Notes: generated by a model from the sequence alone, not told the origin. 64,000 nt of DNA from Macrostomum hystrix (GCA_950097015.1 CATNEN010000034.1:2790001-2854000); one strand, 5' to 3'. Numbered from the stretch's first letter, positions 49,445-62,706 are shown. Numbers and translations: made by a program.

Positions 49445-50725
49445 ATCTCTACTTCTCTCTACTTCTCTCTCTGCTTCTCTATCTACTTCTCTCTCTACTT
49501 CTCTCTCTACTTCTCTCTCTGCTTCTCTCTCTACTTCTCTCTCTACTTCTCTCTCTGCTTCTCTCTCTGCTTCTCTCTCTACTTCTCTCTCTACTTCTCT
49601 CTCTACTTCTCTCTCTACTTCTCTCTCTACTTCTCTCTCTGCTTCTCTCTCTACTTCTCTCTCTATTTCTCTCTCTGCTTCTCTCTCTACTTCTCTCTCT
49701 ACTTCTCTCTCTACTTCTCTCTGCTTCTCTCTCTACTTCTCTCTCTACTTCTCTCTCTACTTCTCTCTCTACTTCTCTCTGCTTCTCTCTCTACTTCTCT
49801 CTCTACTTCTCTCTCTACTTCTCTCTCTACTTCTCTCTCTACTTCTCTCTCTGCTTCTCTCTCTACTTCTCTCTCTACTTCTCTCTCTACTTCTCTCTCT
49901 ACTTCTCTCTCTACTTCTCTCTCTACTTCTCTCTCTACTTCTCTCTCTGCTTCTCTCTCTACTTCTCTCTCTACTTCTCTCTCTACTTCTCTCTCTACTT
50001 CTCTCTCTACTTCTCTCTCTGCTTCTCTCTCTACTTCTCTCTCTATTTCTCTCTCTGCTTCTCTCTCTACTTCTCTCTCTACTTCTCTCTCTACTTCTCT
50101 CTGCTTCTCTCTCTACTTCTCTCTCTACTTCTCTCTCTACTTCTCTCTCTACTTCTCTCTGCTTCTCTCTCTACTTCTCTCTCTACTTCTCTCTCTACTT
50201 CTCTCTCTACTTCTCTCTCTACTTCTCTCTCTACTTCTCTCTCTACTTCTCTCTCTGCTTCTCTCTCTACTTCTCTCTCTACTTCTCTCTCTACTTCTCT
50301 CTCTACTTCTCTCTCTACTTCTCTCTCTACTTCTCTCTCTACTTCTCTCTCTACTTCTCTCTCTACTTCTCTCTCTACTTCTCTCTCTACTTCTCTCTCT
50401 ACTTCTCTCTCTACTTCTCTCTCTACTTCTCTCTCTACTTCTCTCTGCTTCTCTCTGCTTCTCTCTCTACTTCTCTCTACTTCTCTCTGCTTCTCTCTCT
50501 ACTTCTCTCTACTTCTCTCTGCTTCTCTCTCTACTTCTCTCTACTTCTCTCTCTACTTCTCTCTACTTCTCTCTCTACTTCTCTCTACTTCTCTCTCTAC
50601 TTCTCTCTGCTTCTCTCTGCTTCTCTCTCTACTTCTCTCTACTTCTCTCTGCTTCTCTCTCTACTTCTCTCTCTACTTATCTCTCTACTTCTCTCTCTGC
50701 TTCTCTCTACTTCTCTCTCTACTTC
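49445..50725. repeat. 10-12-bp array CT(A/G)CTTCTCTCT
   Basis: Tandem units. Confidence 0.95.
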
Positions 50726-52021
50726 TACATCTATTCTTCTCCCTCTAGTCTTGTTACTCTCCTCCGAAGTGGGCGAGTGAGTGAGGGGTACAGAACAAAG
50801 CTATTGTGATGCAAGAATAGGGCACCAAAAAATCAAAGGTCCTTGAGTTCAGTATTTAATTTCAGTCTTTCCCGTTTAGAAGCAAATAGAAAGCCGAGAA
50901 GGTTGCGCATGTTGGGCTGGAGCTGTCAAAACTCTAAAATATTTTTAGGCTTGAAAAAAGTTAAACCAAGGACTAGTTCTGTTCGTAGAGCTCTCCAGCT
51001 AAGGGGGTCAGTGCTAGAGGATCGACAGGCATCCGGAGTGGCTTCAGGGAGACCAGTTCCTCAGCCAGAGTTCCTCAGCCAGGAGTCGGGAATTGTGACT
51101 TGGGTTGAGCAAAGCTTTTTCCACAAGCAAAATCTGTTGCTGAGCTGAACTCTACTGCGAGTTGAAGGCCTTTGTTCAGCATGCTAGCAGCATTGGGCAC
51201 TGAGTCAATACTTTGTCAATACGTGGACTGTGGGCTGCAATTCATCAGCCTGTCATGCTGGATGGCGGTCCCGCGGGTCACGTGACTTCATCTAGAGTGC
51301 TTTTCCCTCCCTCCCTCCCTCCCTCCTAGCCTAAATGTCCGGTGAGTTTGTCTAGTTTTAATTTCTATATAGAAATATTTTCGCTCTGGCAATTAATAAA
51401 GGAGAGCTTGCATAGGGCCATGCTTTGTAAAATAGCTTTTTATTGAACCAACAGAAAATGATGCGGGAAAAGTTAAGGTTTTCTCTCTCAGCAGGGCTGC
51501 CAAATCCACAGATGATGCTGCTTGACCAGGGTGTCCTTGACTCTCTGGTTTATTACTGAATTGAGTAGCTCAATTAATTATTAAACCGTTCTCAGCTAGA
51601 TCCGGTAGCGCCGTGTTTTACAACCTCGGCATCTCCTAAGTTTGAGCTGAGCTGAGCTGCACTTTCAAAATAGTAATGAAAAGGCGAGAGGCGTAGGGAA
51701 TAGGGGTAAGAAAATAGCACGTCAGGACTGAGCGAAAATGATGCGCTACGCATAGCAACTGCTCTCAAAGTGAGAATCCGGCCTGCATGCCCCAGAATGC
51801 GCACTTCAGAGTTAATTATTGCCTTTAGTCCCGGCTGAGGTAGGACCTGTCTGGCCAGCTCAAGCTCCCTTGCTTCACTGCCTCATTCTGCTTCAACTTA
51901 CTTTCACAGCATTTTCGTATGGTGAGCACTTTACAGCTGCAATATTTGGATCATGTACAGTTGAGACCGCTGAGCTGACTTTTTCGTATCCTCTACTTCA
52001 GCCTGTCCTTTCTCTTAATAG

Positions 52022-52440
52022 TTTTCTCTGTCTCTCACCCTTCTATCTGTCCTTCACCCCTCTCTCTGTCTCTCACCCTCTCTCTGTCTCTCACCCTCTC
52101 TCTGTCTCTCACCCTCTCTGTCTGTCTCACCCTCTCTCTGTGTCTCACCCTCTCTGTCTGTCTCACCCTCTCTGTCTGCCTCACCCTCTCTCTGTGTCTC
52201 ACCCTCTCTGTCTGCCTCACCCTCTCTCTGTGTCTCATCCTCTCTGTCTCTCACCCTCTCTCTGTGTCTCATCCTCTCTGTCTCTCACCCTCTCTCTGTC
52301 TGTCTCACCCTCTCTGTCTGCCTCACCCTCTCTCTGTCTGTCTCACCCCTCTGTCTGTCTCTCACCCTCTCTCTGTGTCTCACCATCTCTGTCTCTCACC
52401 CTCTCTCTGTGTCTCACTCCTCTGTCTGTCTCTGACTCGC
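52022..52440. repeat. CT-rich array CTCTCTGT(C/G)TCTCACC
   Basis: Degenerate tandem units. Confidence 0.9.
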
Positions 52441-52984
52441 ACCTCAGAGTCACTCTCTCCTTTCTCTCCCTATCTTTCTCCTTTCTATCTTCTACACCCC
52501 ACAGTATTAGTACTCGTACCCATCTGCATTTTCCCACACTCAACACGAAGCCATCTTCCTGACTGACCGTCTGTCCTAGATTTCCACGCGTTTCCCTTTT
52601 TCGGCATCCCAAAATAGAGCGCTTAGGTGAGAGGCACTGGGACCGCGTTTGGATGGGGTGCGACTGTCGGAGAAGGGAAATTTAGCCTCCTGAGCGCAAC
52701 CCGATCCCCCGCGTGGGTGCGGGGCATTGGAGCGATTGGACAGGCCGGGCGCTCTGATGAGGACTGGGGAGCAGTACTCAAAGAAAAGATGGAATCGCCT
52801 GCTTGCGTGAGCGAGTTGAGAACAAAAAAGCTGACTCTGCTCTGCCCTCTCTGTGAGGCTGAGACAAAACCTGCGGACACTTGCTCTGAGCCTCTTTTCA
52901 GGTAAATTGTCGCTGTTTATCGTTTTTCAAACGAAGTTTTCGTTTGTTTTAAGAATAACAATTGCAGGAGGGCTGCAAACAATG

Positions 52985-53300
52985 GCACATCATTTGGTGG
53001 TAGTCTCGCAACCTGCAAGGAGCAGTTCTGCCCATTTCGCTGACTCCTGAGCACACACGCACACAGATACTTTACGCAGGCATACGCTCACACAGGTGTG
53101 TACATCTGCTCTGACTTTCTCATCGTCAGGCGGTGTATACTCTCACTGTGCCTTGGAGGTTGGCCCTCAAGGGCGTAAATGACACGAAAAACCTCCAAGC
53201 CTTCTCTCCGCGGCTGCGCTTCAAATGAATGTGGCCTCGCCACGGAATCGAACTTTGGGACCTTGGCGCGAGAGGCAAACGCGTTAACCGCTCTGCCACC
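52985..53300 (-). mobile_element. tRNA-headed SINE, family B
   Basis: Reverse complement of the complete consensus, just upstream of the IF ATG; a donor-like CAG|GTAAAT at ~52901 suggests it sits in a 5'UTR intron. Confidence 0.8.
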
Positions 53301-53422
53301 GACCCCCTTTTGTTAGTCTTCGATAGCCCGTAGCATTCGAGTGTTTCTCGCAACAAAATCAACTACATTTCTAAGAAACAGAGTTTCGATAGCAAAAGCG
53401 ATTCCGCCGAGAGAAGTCTGTT

Positions 53423-56400
53423 ATGGATCCGAGCAGAGATTCAGCCAAGAAGCAGCAGCAGCAGCAGCAGCAGCACAGGTCGCGCCTAGACGAAGCTCTG
53501 GCTGCCGGCTACTCGGCCATAGCGGAGCCCCGACGCACCGACATCAGCGGCAGCAGCGGCAGCGACAACCGACGTTCATCTAGACGCTCTCGCCGGCGTC
53601 AATCGGCTAGCGCCACGTCGACGACTGGAGCCGGTGGCATTCCGGACATCCGGTCGACGTTGGAGACGCGGAGCCGTTCCAAGCGGGAGATGCAGGAGCT
53701 CAACGAACGTCTGGCTGGCTTTGTGGAGAAAGTGCGTAAAAAACTTGGAAGTTTCGTTTCCTAACTACTCTACTGAAAGTAGAAAAGTTAAGTTTTTTTC
53801 TTTTAAATAAGCTGGTAAAGATATTGCATGTTAAGGAAAATTATAAAGTAATGTTTTGGCTTTCAATCCCACCCAATCGTCATACAGAGCCGCTACCTGC
53901 AGGCGCAGAACAAGGCGTTGAAGGAGGACCTGGACCAACTGCGCTCCCTCTGGGGTCGCGAAACCGAGAAAGTTCGCCGGACCCTCGAGGCCGAGCTAGC
54001 CCAGCTGCGGCGCCTGCTGGACGCTGCCGAGGCCGCCAAGGGGGAGCGCGACGCCCGGCTGGTAACGCTGGAAGGGCAGCTGCGCGAGCTGCGTGAGCAG
54101 TAAGTCTTTGAGCAGGGAATGTCTGAGCAGTGAGTCTGAGCAGTGAGTCTGAGCAGTGAGTGTCTGAGCAGTGAGTCTCTGAGTAGTGAGTCTCTGAGCA
54201 GTGAGTCTATGAGCAGTGAGTCTCTAAGAAGTGAGTCTATGAGCAGTGAGTGTCTGAGCAGTGAGTGTCTGAGCAGTGAGTCTGAGCAGTGAGTGTCTGA
54301 GCAGTGAGTTTCTGGGCAGTGAGTCTCTAAGCAGTGAGTCTGGGGAGTGAGCCTCTGAGCAGTGAGTCTGAACAGTGAGTGTCTGAGCAGTGAGTCTCTC
54401 TGAGTAGCCTTAAATTTTGATTTTTTTAACCTAAAATCCGCCCTTTTTACCACCCATGGTAGCCAAAATATCCACCCTTAGAAGTAACAAATCCTAGCGA
54501 AAAGATCCTCTGTTAATGAGCCTAAAAGTCTGACCTGTTACTAATTAATGCGTCCCTTAATTGGCCTCAAACCTGCTCTGTCACTTCGTATTTTATCCCG
54601 GCGCTTCCGACAACACTTTGTCTCAATCCGCAGCCTGGCCAGCGTGACCCAGTCTCACGTTCAACTGACCGACCGGCTTGACCGCGCCAATCACGAACTG
54701 GCCGATCGCGACGGCGAGATCTCCCTGCTGCGCCGCCGGCAGGGCCAACTGGAAGACGAGCTTGGACGGGTTCGTCAACGCCTCGAACGGTCGCGCGCCG
54801 ACTCGGACCAGCTGCGCGCCGATCTCGAGGCCGAGACGGCCGGGCGGATCGCCGGACAGACGGCCGGGCAGACGGTGCGGGAGGAGCTACAGCTGGTGCG
54901 GCTGGTGCACGAGCAGGTGTGCGGACTATTGCTGCCGATGATTGAATTATCCAAGTTAAAGAAGTTGTAACTAGAACCCAGAATTAAAAATCTGAATAAC
55001 AGTAGAACTACCAAGAGGGGGAATTCCTCCCCCGGGCAATTTTTTGTGCTGCACTCGAACGAAGCACACGAAACTCAAGAACACGGGCCAAATTTAGTTG
55101 CGCATCTTCTGAAACAAGAATCAAGTCGCCAGCTTTTCAGACCGTCGAGATGTTCAATGTTTCTGGCCGAAGGTCAGATTTCTCCCAGAAGCGCTAGTGT
55201 ATTTCATGCGCCCATATACACTAATTAACACTGCGCCTCTGTGCGGCCTTGCCAGGCCTTCAAAATTGATCAGCATGTCACCCGAATGTGCCTGCATCAT
55301 CTCCATCTTCGGTGGTCACCTACCTTTAACAAGACGGATTTGCTGTACCTTCAAGGGCTACAACAGGTGGAACTAGGCCACTATGGACACCCTGCAAGTT
55401 CTGCAATTTCACAGATCTAGCTTAAACGTTAGGCGCAGCTCAACAACAGGACACCCTTGCCTAGTCTGTCAACCAATCAGTCACCACCCAACGCTGTTAG
55501 CATTCGGGCCCTGCTTGGTGATCCTACTGTTAAAAAGGAGTTTGGAAAAACTAATATCCTAACTACAAAATATCCCAATCCTATTAAAAAACCCATTTGA
55601 TAAGGCTGAATAGGATCGATCCCCACTCGAAAAATCTTATACTTTACTTGATACTTTTAAATCCGAATTTGAATAAAATCTAATTCCTAGAGTTGATTCA
55701 TTTTACCTTGATTTACTTGCTCGCCCGCTTCACTCTACTATAAGTAGTTTACATCTACGCAGGAGCTTGAGGAGCTGCGCGGCTTGTTGAAGATCAGTTC
55801 AGATCGGGACGACAATCGGGCCTTCTGGAAGTCGGAGCTGAGCCAGGCGATTCACGAAATCCAAAGGGAGTACGATGACAAACTAGACGGCGTTCGAGAG
55901 GACCTGGAGATCACCTATGTGGACAAGGTCGGTCACGGCTTCCCCAATGCTTTTTTCTCGCCTTTAAGAGCAAAGACCTCTCCGAGATCTGTTAATGCGC
56001 ATTTTTTAATTGCCGCCAATTTCAGCTTCGCGATTTTGTGAGAGCTCAGGCCGAGGCTCAAAGTGGCGGCACTGAGGCAATGAACCACCTGAGAGAGGAC
56101 AATAAACGACTGAAAGATGGCACTGCCGAACTCAGGATTCGAGTCTCTGACCTCCAAGCCAGGGTGAGTGGATTGCTAATCTAAGCCATCAGTATGAAAA
56201 AACAGAATGGATTGCTAATCTATGCCATCAGTATCAAGAAACAGAATGGATTGCTAATCTATGCCATCAGTATGAAGAAACAGAATGGATTGCTAATCTA
56301 TGCCATCAGTATCAAGAAACAGAATGGATTGCTAATCTATGCCATCAGTATCAAGAAACAGAATGGATTGCTAATCTATGCCATCAGTATCAAGAAACAG

Positions 56401-59400
56401 AATGGATTGCTAATCTATGCCATTATTATGAAGAAACAGAATGGATTGCTAATCTATGCCTATGCCATCAGTATGAAGGAACAGAATGGATTGCTAATCT
56501 ATGCCTATGCCATCAGTATGGAGGAACAGAATGGATTGCTAATCTATGCCTATGCCATCAGTATGAAGGAACAGAATGGATTGCTAATCTATGCCTATGC
56601 CATCAGTATGATGGAACAGAATGGATTGCTAATCTATGCCGTGGTGTTAGCGCGAACCAGAAATCACTCAATTCGATTCCTCACCAGTGCGAGCAGCTAG
56701 AGCGACAGTCAGAGGAATTCCGTCGGGAGGCGGATTCTGCCGAACGTCGACACGACGCCGAGAAGGACCGTCTGGATCAGCAGCGTCGCGTTGCTGAAGA
56801 TGACCTTCGCCGAGTGCTGCAGGTGAGCTTCAAGGAGTGGGATAACCAATGCCTTCCTGGGATCATTGCCATGAAATCCCAGATCGTCATCATCGTTGAA
56901 CCAGGAGCTGCAGGGCCTAACCGATGCCAAGGTCAGCCTGGAGCTGGAGATCGCCGCCTACCGGAAGCTTCTCGACGCCGAAGGCGACGCTCTCGACGCA
57001 GCCGCGGCGACCGGCTTCTCCGCTCAGCAGCAGGACCGACTGGCCGCTGTTCAGCAGCAGCTGACGGAGGCTGCAGCTGTGGATAGGAGTGAGTCATCCT
57101 GGATCTGCTATTCAATCTTGATCTTGACCCTCACGAAAATTCTGCACATGAAGGAATATCCCAGAAGCCTTATCAGCAAAGAGTGAACACTTTTGTCACT
57201 AACACAGCGTCAGTGGCAGCACCGTCTGAAAGAAAAGTCAACACAACTTTGTCTTGCTGTTTTATGGTCACTGTTCTATCGCTTTCAAAAAGAATATTGA
57301 GAAAGCTTTCCATAGATGGTGCAACATGAACATCAAAGTCGTCTTCCTCACTAACAAAGTTGGCCAGAACGTTTGAGCAGACTCAGATCCATTGTTCCAC
57401 ACAAATTTACTTGTTCTGTTGATCATTCTGATATTAGATCCCATTCTGATCTTATCTAGATCCCATTCTGATCTTATCTAGATCCCATTCTGATCTTATC
57501 TAGATCCCATTCTGATCTTATCTAGATCCCATTCTGATCTTATCTAGATCCCATTCTGATCTTATCTAGATCCCATTCTGATCTTATCTAGATCCCATTC
57601 TGATCTTATCTAGATCCCATTCTAATATTATCTAGATCTCATTCTGATCTTATCTAGATCCCATTCTGATCTTATCTAGATCCCATTCTGATATTATCTA
57701 GATCCCATTCTGATCTTATCGAGATCCCATTCTGATCTTATCTAGATCCCATTCTGATATTATCTAGATCCCATTCTGATCTTATCTAGATCCCATTCTA
57801 ATCTTATCTAGATCCCATTCTGATATTATCTAGATCCCATTCTGATCTTATCTAGATCCCATTCTGATCTTATCTAGATCCCATTCTGATATGATCTAGA
57901 TCCCATTCTGATATTATCTAGATCCCATTCTGATATTATCTAGATCTCATTCTGATCTTATCTAGATCCCATTCTGATCTTATCTAGATCCCATTCTGAT
58001 ATTATCTAGATCCCATTCTGATATTATCTAGATCCCATTCTGATCTTATCTAGATCCCATTCTGATCTTATCTAGATCCCATTCTGATCTTATCTAGATC
58101 CCATTCTAATATTATCTAGATCTCATTCTGATCTTATCTAGATCCCATTCTGATATTATCTAGATCCCATTCTGATCTTATCTAGATTCCATTCTGATAT
58201 TATCTAGATCCCATTCTAATCTTATCTAGATCTCATTCTGATCTTATCTAGATCCCATTCTGATATTATCTAGATCCCATTCTAATCTTATCTAGATCCC
58301 ATTCTGATCTTATCTAGATCCCATTCTGATCTTATCTAGATCCCATTCTGATATTATCTAGATCCCATTCTGATATTATCTAGATCCCATTCTAATCTTA
58401 TCTAGATCCCATTCTGATCTTATCTAGATCCCATTCTAATCTTATCTAGATCTCATTCTGATCTTATCTAGATCCCATTCTGATCTTATCTAGATCCCAT
58501 TCTGATATTATCTAGATCCCATTCTGATCTTATCTAGATCCCATTCTGATCTTATCTAGATCTTAATATAAAATATTCTACTCTATCGCAGTTGTCAGAG
58601 TAATTTCCCAATCTCGCAGACTCTCTGCAGAATCCGGTGAAGGCCATCACCACCGAAATCACTGCCAAGACTCAGTTTGAGAAGACCTTCAAGGGGGGCA
58701 TCTGCATCGATGAGTGCTCGCCGGAGGGCGCCTACATTCAGTTGAGAAATGTTGGCAGCAAGGTGGGTTCAGCGTTCGAGAATTATTTTAAGCCTAAAAG
58801 CCTCAAGCTTGAAATTGTCAATCAATTTTAAAAAATGTCAGAAAGAGACTCTGATTGGCTGGCGCCTGACGCGGACCATAGACAGTCGCAGCCAGCCAAA
58901 AGAGTTTCCACTGCCCAACCTGGTGCTAGACCCTGGCGACGTCTGTCGACTCTGGGCTGAAGACGAGAAGCCGGCCGACGCGCCCGACGCCGACGCCGAG
59001 GTCCAAGTTCGACGCTGGGAGGTCGGCAATTACTCGCGCACTGTGCTGTACAATGCAGAGGGACAGGTGCGATTCGATCATCATGCTTCCTCGCATATCC
59101 CAGATCTCAGATCCCAGATCTCAGATCCCAGATCTCAGATCCCAGATCTCAGATCCCAGATCTCAGATCCCAGATCTCAGATCCCAGATCTCAGATCCCA
59201 GATCTCAGATCCCAGATCTCAGATCCCAGATCTCAGATCCCAGATCTCAGATCCCAGATCTCAGATCCCAGATCTCAGATCCCAGATCTCAGATCCCAGA
59301 TCTCAGATCCCAGATCTCAGATCCCAGATCTCAGATCCCAGATCTCAGATCCCAGATCTCAGATCCCAGATCTCAGATCCCAGATCTCAGATCCCAGATC

Positions 59401-60229
59401 TCAGATCCCAGATCTCAGATCCCAGATCTCAGATCCCAGATCTCAGATCCCAGATCTCAGATCCCAGATCTCAGATCCCAGATCTCAGATCCCAGATCTC
59501 AGATCCCAGATCTCAGATCCCAGATCTCAGATCCCAGATCTCAGATCCCAGATCTCAGATCCCAGATCTCAGATCCCAGATCTCAGATCCCAGATCTCAG
59601 ATCCCAGATCTCAGATCCCAGATCTCAGATCCCAGATCTCAGATCCCAGATCTCAGATCCCAGATCTCAGATCCCAGATCTCAGATCCCAGATCTCAGAT
59701 CCCAGATCTCAGATCCCAGATCTCAGATCCCAGATCTCAGATCCCAGATCTCAGATCCCAGATCTCAGATCCCAGATCTCAGATCCCAGATCTCAGATCC
59801 CAGATCTCAGATCCCAGATCTCAGATCCCAGATCTCAGATCCCAGATCTCAGATCCCAGATCTCAGATCCCAGATCTCAGATCCCAGATCTCAGATCCCA
59901 GATCTCAGATCCCAGATCTCAGATCCCAGATCTCAGATCCCAGATCTCAGATCCCAGATCTCAGATCCCAGATCTCAGATCCCAGATCTCAGATCCCAGA
60001 TCTCAGATCCCAGATCTCAGATCCCAGATCTCAGATCCCAGATCTCAGATCCCAGATCTCAGATCCCAGATCTCAGATCCCAGATCTCAGATCCCAGATC
60101 TCAGATCCCAGATCTCAGATCCCAGATCTCAGATCCCAGATCTCAGATCGCAGATCAATTCAATATTTGGTCATTTTGCAGGAACGGGCTAGACACGTGC
60201 AGAAGACCTTTATGACGAGTCCAGTTTAA
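53423..60229 (+). CDS. Cytoplasmic intermediate filament protein, protostome type (rod plus lamin-tail domain, no CaaX)
   Basis: Exons 53423-53731, 53888-54099, 54634-54916, 55763-55927, 56026-56163, 56688-56822, 56905-57088, 58620-58762, 58842-59066, 60182-60229. Rod start EMQELNERLAGFVEK; rod end LELEIAAYRKLLDAE; LTD GGICIDECSPEGAYIQLRN..LIGWRLTR..TVLYNAEGQE; ends MTSPV*. Confidence 0.93.
54110..54405. repeat. 13-17-bp intronic array GAGCAGTGAGT(CT/GT)CT
   Basis: Starts immediately after the IF exon 2 donor. Confidence 0.92.
55000..55529 (+). mobile_element. ~530-bp MITE with TIRs, TTAA-type target
   Basis: CAGTAGAACTACCAAG ... CTTGGTGATCCTACTG|TTAA; homologous copies at 1.8-2.2 kb and 10.8-11.7 kb; no ORF. 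Superfamily not assignable. Confidence 0.8.
56168..56640. repeat. 39/45-bp intronic array TGGATTGCTAATCTATGCC(TATGCC)ATCAGTATGAAGAAACAGAA
   Basis: Begins 5 nt after the IF exon 5 donor. Confidence 0.95.
57430..58563. repeat. 22-bp intronic array GATCCCATTCTGAT(C/A)TTATCTA
   Basis: About 51 tandem units in IF intron 7. Confidence 0.97.
59096..60155. repeat. 14-bp intronic array CCCAGATCTCAGAT
   Basis: About 75 perfect units in IF intron 9. Confidence 0.98.
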
Positions 60230-60974
60230 AAACTTTTTAACTATCTGTAAACTGGTCGTCAGACACAGCAAAACGGAGTACAAATGTCAACTTTTAAGTT
60301 GAGTTGTATTTTTATAATTACTGAATTTAATACAACAAGCGTTTCACCCTTTTCTTTGCAAGCTGGCCTTTTTAAGAAATTTTTTGCTTTCACTCTTAAA
60401 ACTTTTTAACATTTCCTTTGATTATGTACCAACAAATGTAACTAGGCTCCTAATGGACTTTGAAAGTTCTCGAGTACATCGATGGATCTTAAAACTATTT
60501 TCGTTAGCAAAAAAGAGCCTTAAGCAATTTTTCCTTTGAATAGTTTATATTCTTTCAGGCGCCTATTTTACTTCATATATTTAATTTCTGTGCCTACTTT
60601 GAAGAGTTTTCGCTTTTGAGATTTTTTTTACGTAACGAGTTTGCTTGGTAAACGATTCTACTTTTCTTAAAACACTGTACACTGTCTATTTTAGTACCAG
60701 AATTTTTAACCAAATTAGATGTGACAGCTTTCAGAAATAATCAATGCACCGTCTGTCACTTTGAAATTCTGAAAGAAATTGTGAAATATAAAAGAATCAC
60801 TGCGAGATTTTGAGATAGTCTGTGTGGTTCGATGTTCTCCTGTGCTCTGGGCTGAAGCGGTTGATCTATTTATTTAAAAATGCCAATCCTAAATCTGTCT
60901 GTTCTTTTGGTAGGGAAAGAGGTTTTAAATCAAATTGAAAGAAGTTTTCAGTCGCAATCGGCATTTCCGCAGCT

Positions 60975-62164
60975 TTACTTGTTCTCCAGTTCCTTCTCCA
61001 TGCGAATGAGCTCCGTGATGCCATGGAACATCTTGTTGACTGCGTCGAACTCGGTTAGTCCCATGCGCTCCCTGTTGGAGACGTCGTACATACCGCCGAC
61101 GGCCTCCGAGTGCTCACCGGCCGAGCCGCGAACCTGCAGATGGAATTTGTCGGCCACCTTCTGCAGCTCCTCCTGGCCTCCCTTGGCCAGCAGTGGCAGC
61201 TTGATGTGCACGGAGGCGCGGATCGTGGTGCCGAGGTTGGTCGGGCAGAAGGTCAGGAAGCCGAGCCGATCGTCCTTGCTGAATTTCATCCGCTTGCCAA
61301 TGTCTTCGACGGCGTTCACAAGGCGAGCGTAGACCTCTTTGATGTTGCCGCCCTTCTGCATGGAGATGATGCGCATGTGGTCCTCCTCACCGATCCACAC
61401 CAGGAAGGTTTTGTTGTCGTTGTGAAAAATTCCTCGCCCTGTTGGCCAGAAGCGACAGGCGTTGGCGGCCTGCAGGAACCGGTCGCCCTCCTTGAACAAG
61501 AAGTGATCATCGATGAGCCTCTGCTGCACATCCTTGGTCATGCCAGTGAGCGGATAGTATGTGCCCTTCAGTTCGCCAGAGAGGCCCTTCAGGGTGTCAG
61601 ACACTAGCACCTCCAGATCCTTGTAGTGCTTCTCCGTCATATTGGGATTGAAGGGGAAATTTTGCACAGAGCGGCCGCAGCGGATTCGGGTGGACACAAC
61701 GTACTTGCCTTGGGGATCAACGTCGCCAAACTTGCTGGGATCGCCCATGTTGCTGGCCGGGTGCTTGTCAGTCTTCTTGAAACCGCCATGGTATTCCTCG
61801 ATGATTGGGTCGAACAGGTCGGCAAACACTGTGTAAGCTTCCGCATCGGGAGCATACACGCCGATGCCAGAGTCCAGATTCTGGATGCCTGCGATATGGT
61901 TCAAAGACAATCAGCAACAATTGCTAAAGCGAAAAAATCAATTATGAAGTCGATAAATCACTTACCAGACTGAATGACATCCTTCAGTGTCGAGCCGAAT
62001 TTTTCCGTTTTAATATTTTTCAGCTTGTCGAAGACCTCCTTGCTTAAGTGCTTCTTTAGCAGCGACGTGCAACTGCTGCTGGTCTGAAGCTTCTTGAAGC
62101 CGTCTTCGAGGTATTGGAGCACTGCTGCGTCAACTCCAGATACGGCTGCTGGTCTCATTGCCAT
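60975..62164 (-). CDS. AK: Arginine kinase (phosphagen kinase), ~370 aa
   Basis: Exons 62164-61966 and 61888-60975 (77-bp intron). [63 protein letters not shown] signature. Confidence 0.96.
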
Positions 62165-62706
62165 GCTACAGCTGCTAGCTTTCTGTTAGAAATCTCTCTT
62201 CACTGCCACAGAGACGTCAAAGCGTTGAAGCTAATTTGGTTTTAAGAAATGCTCTCGGAAATGATTGAGCTTACTAGCTGATTAACTTTTAGCAAAAGCA
62301 AGTTATCCTTGAAAGACAGTGGCCGTCTGGGTCTCCAAATTCGCTCAGAAATATCTGCCCCCAAGGACTGTCTGACTTTGTCTGTGGCCCAGAAGGCGAG
62401 CAATCAACTTTGCACCAAGGACTGCTTATTCCTGCTTGATTTTGCGGGCAGGACTGCAGGAACGGCCCATCCTATGCCCGCTGTCGGGCTGGGCCATAGA
62501 CATATAGAATGAAAGCAAAAACAATTATATTTAATGGAGTACGGCAGCGCATAAAAGTACAAAAGTAATGACAAGAGCAGTAACAATAATAACAAACAGG
62601 GGAGATGAAACAACACACAATTAGCCACACCCATAGTCCAAGTAGTCATAGACAGACTGTGTTAAATGTAATTTCTCTGTCCGAACCGGCAAGAGATCAG
62701 AGACAC

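Noticed and set aside
58749-60215. 488-aa ORF reading from the IF tail exon through the 14-bp array
   Set aside because: Spliced model with a canonical donor (59067) and acceptor (60181) gives a normal IF C-terminus; the readthrough is a repeat artefact unless intron retention is shown.
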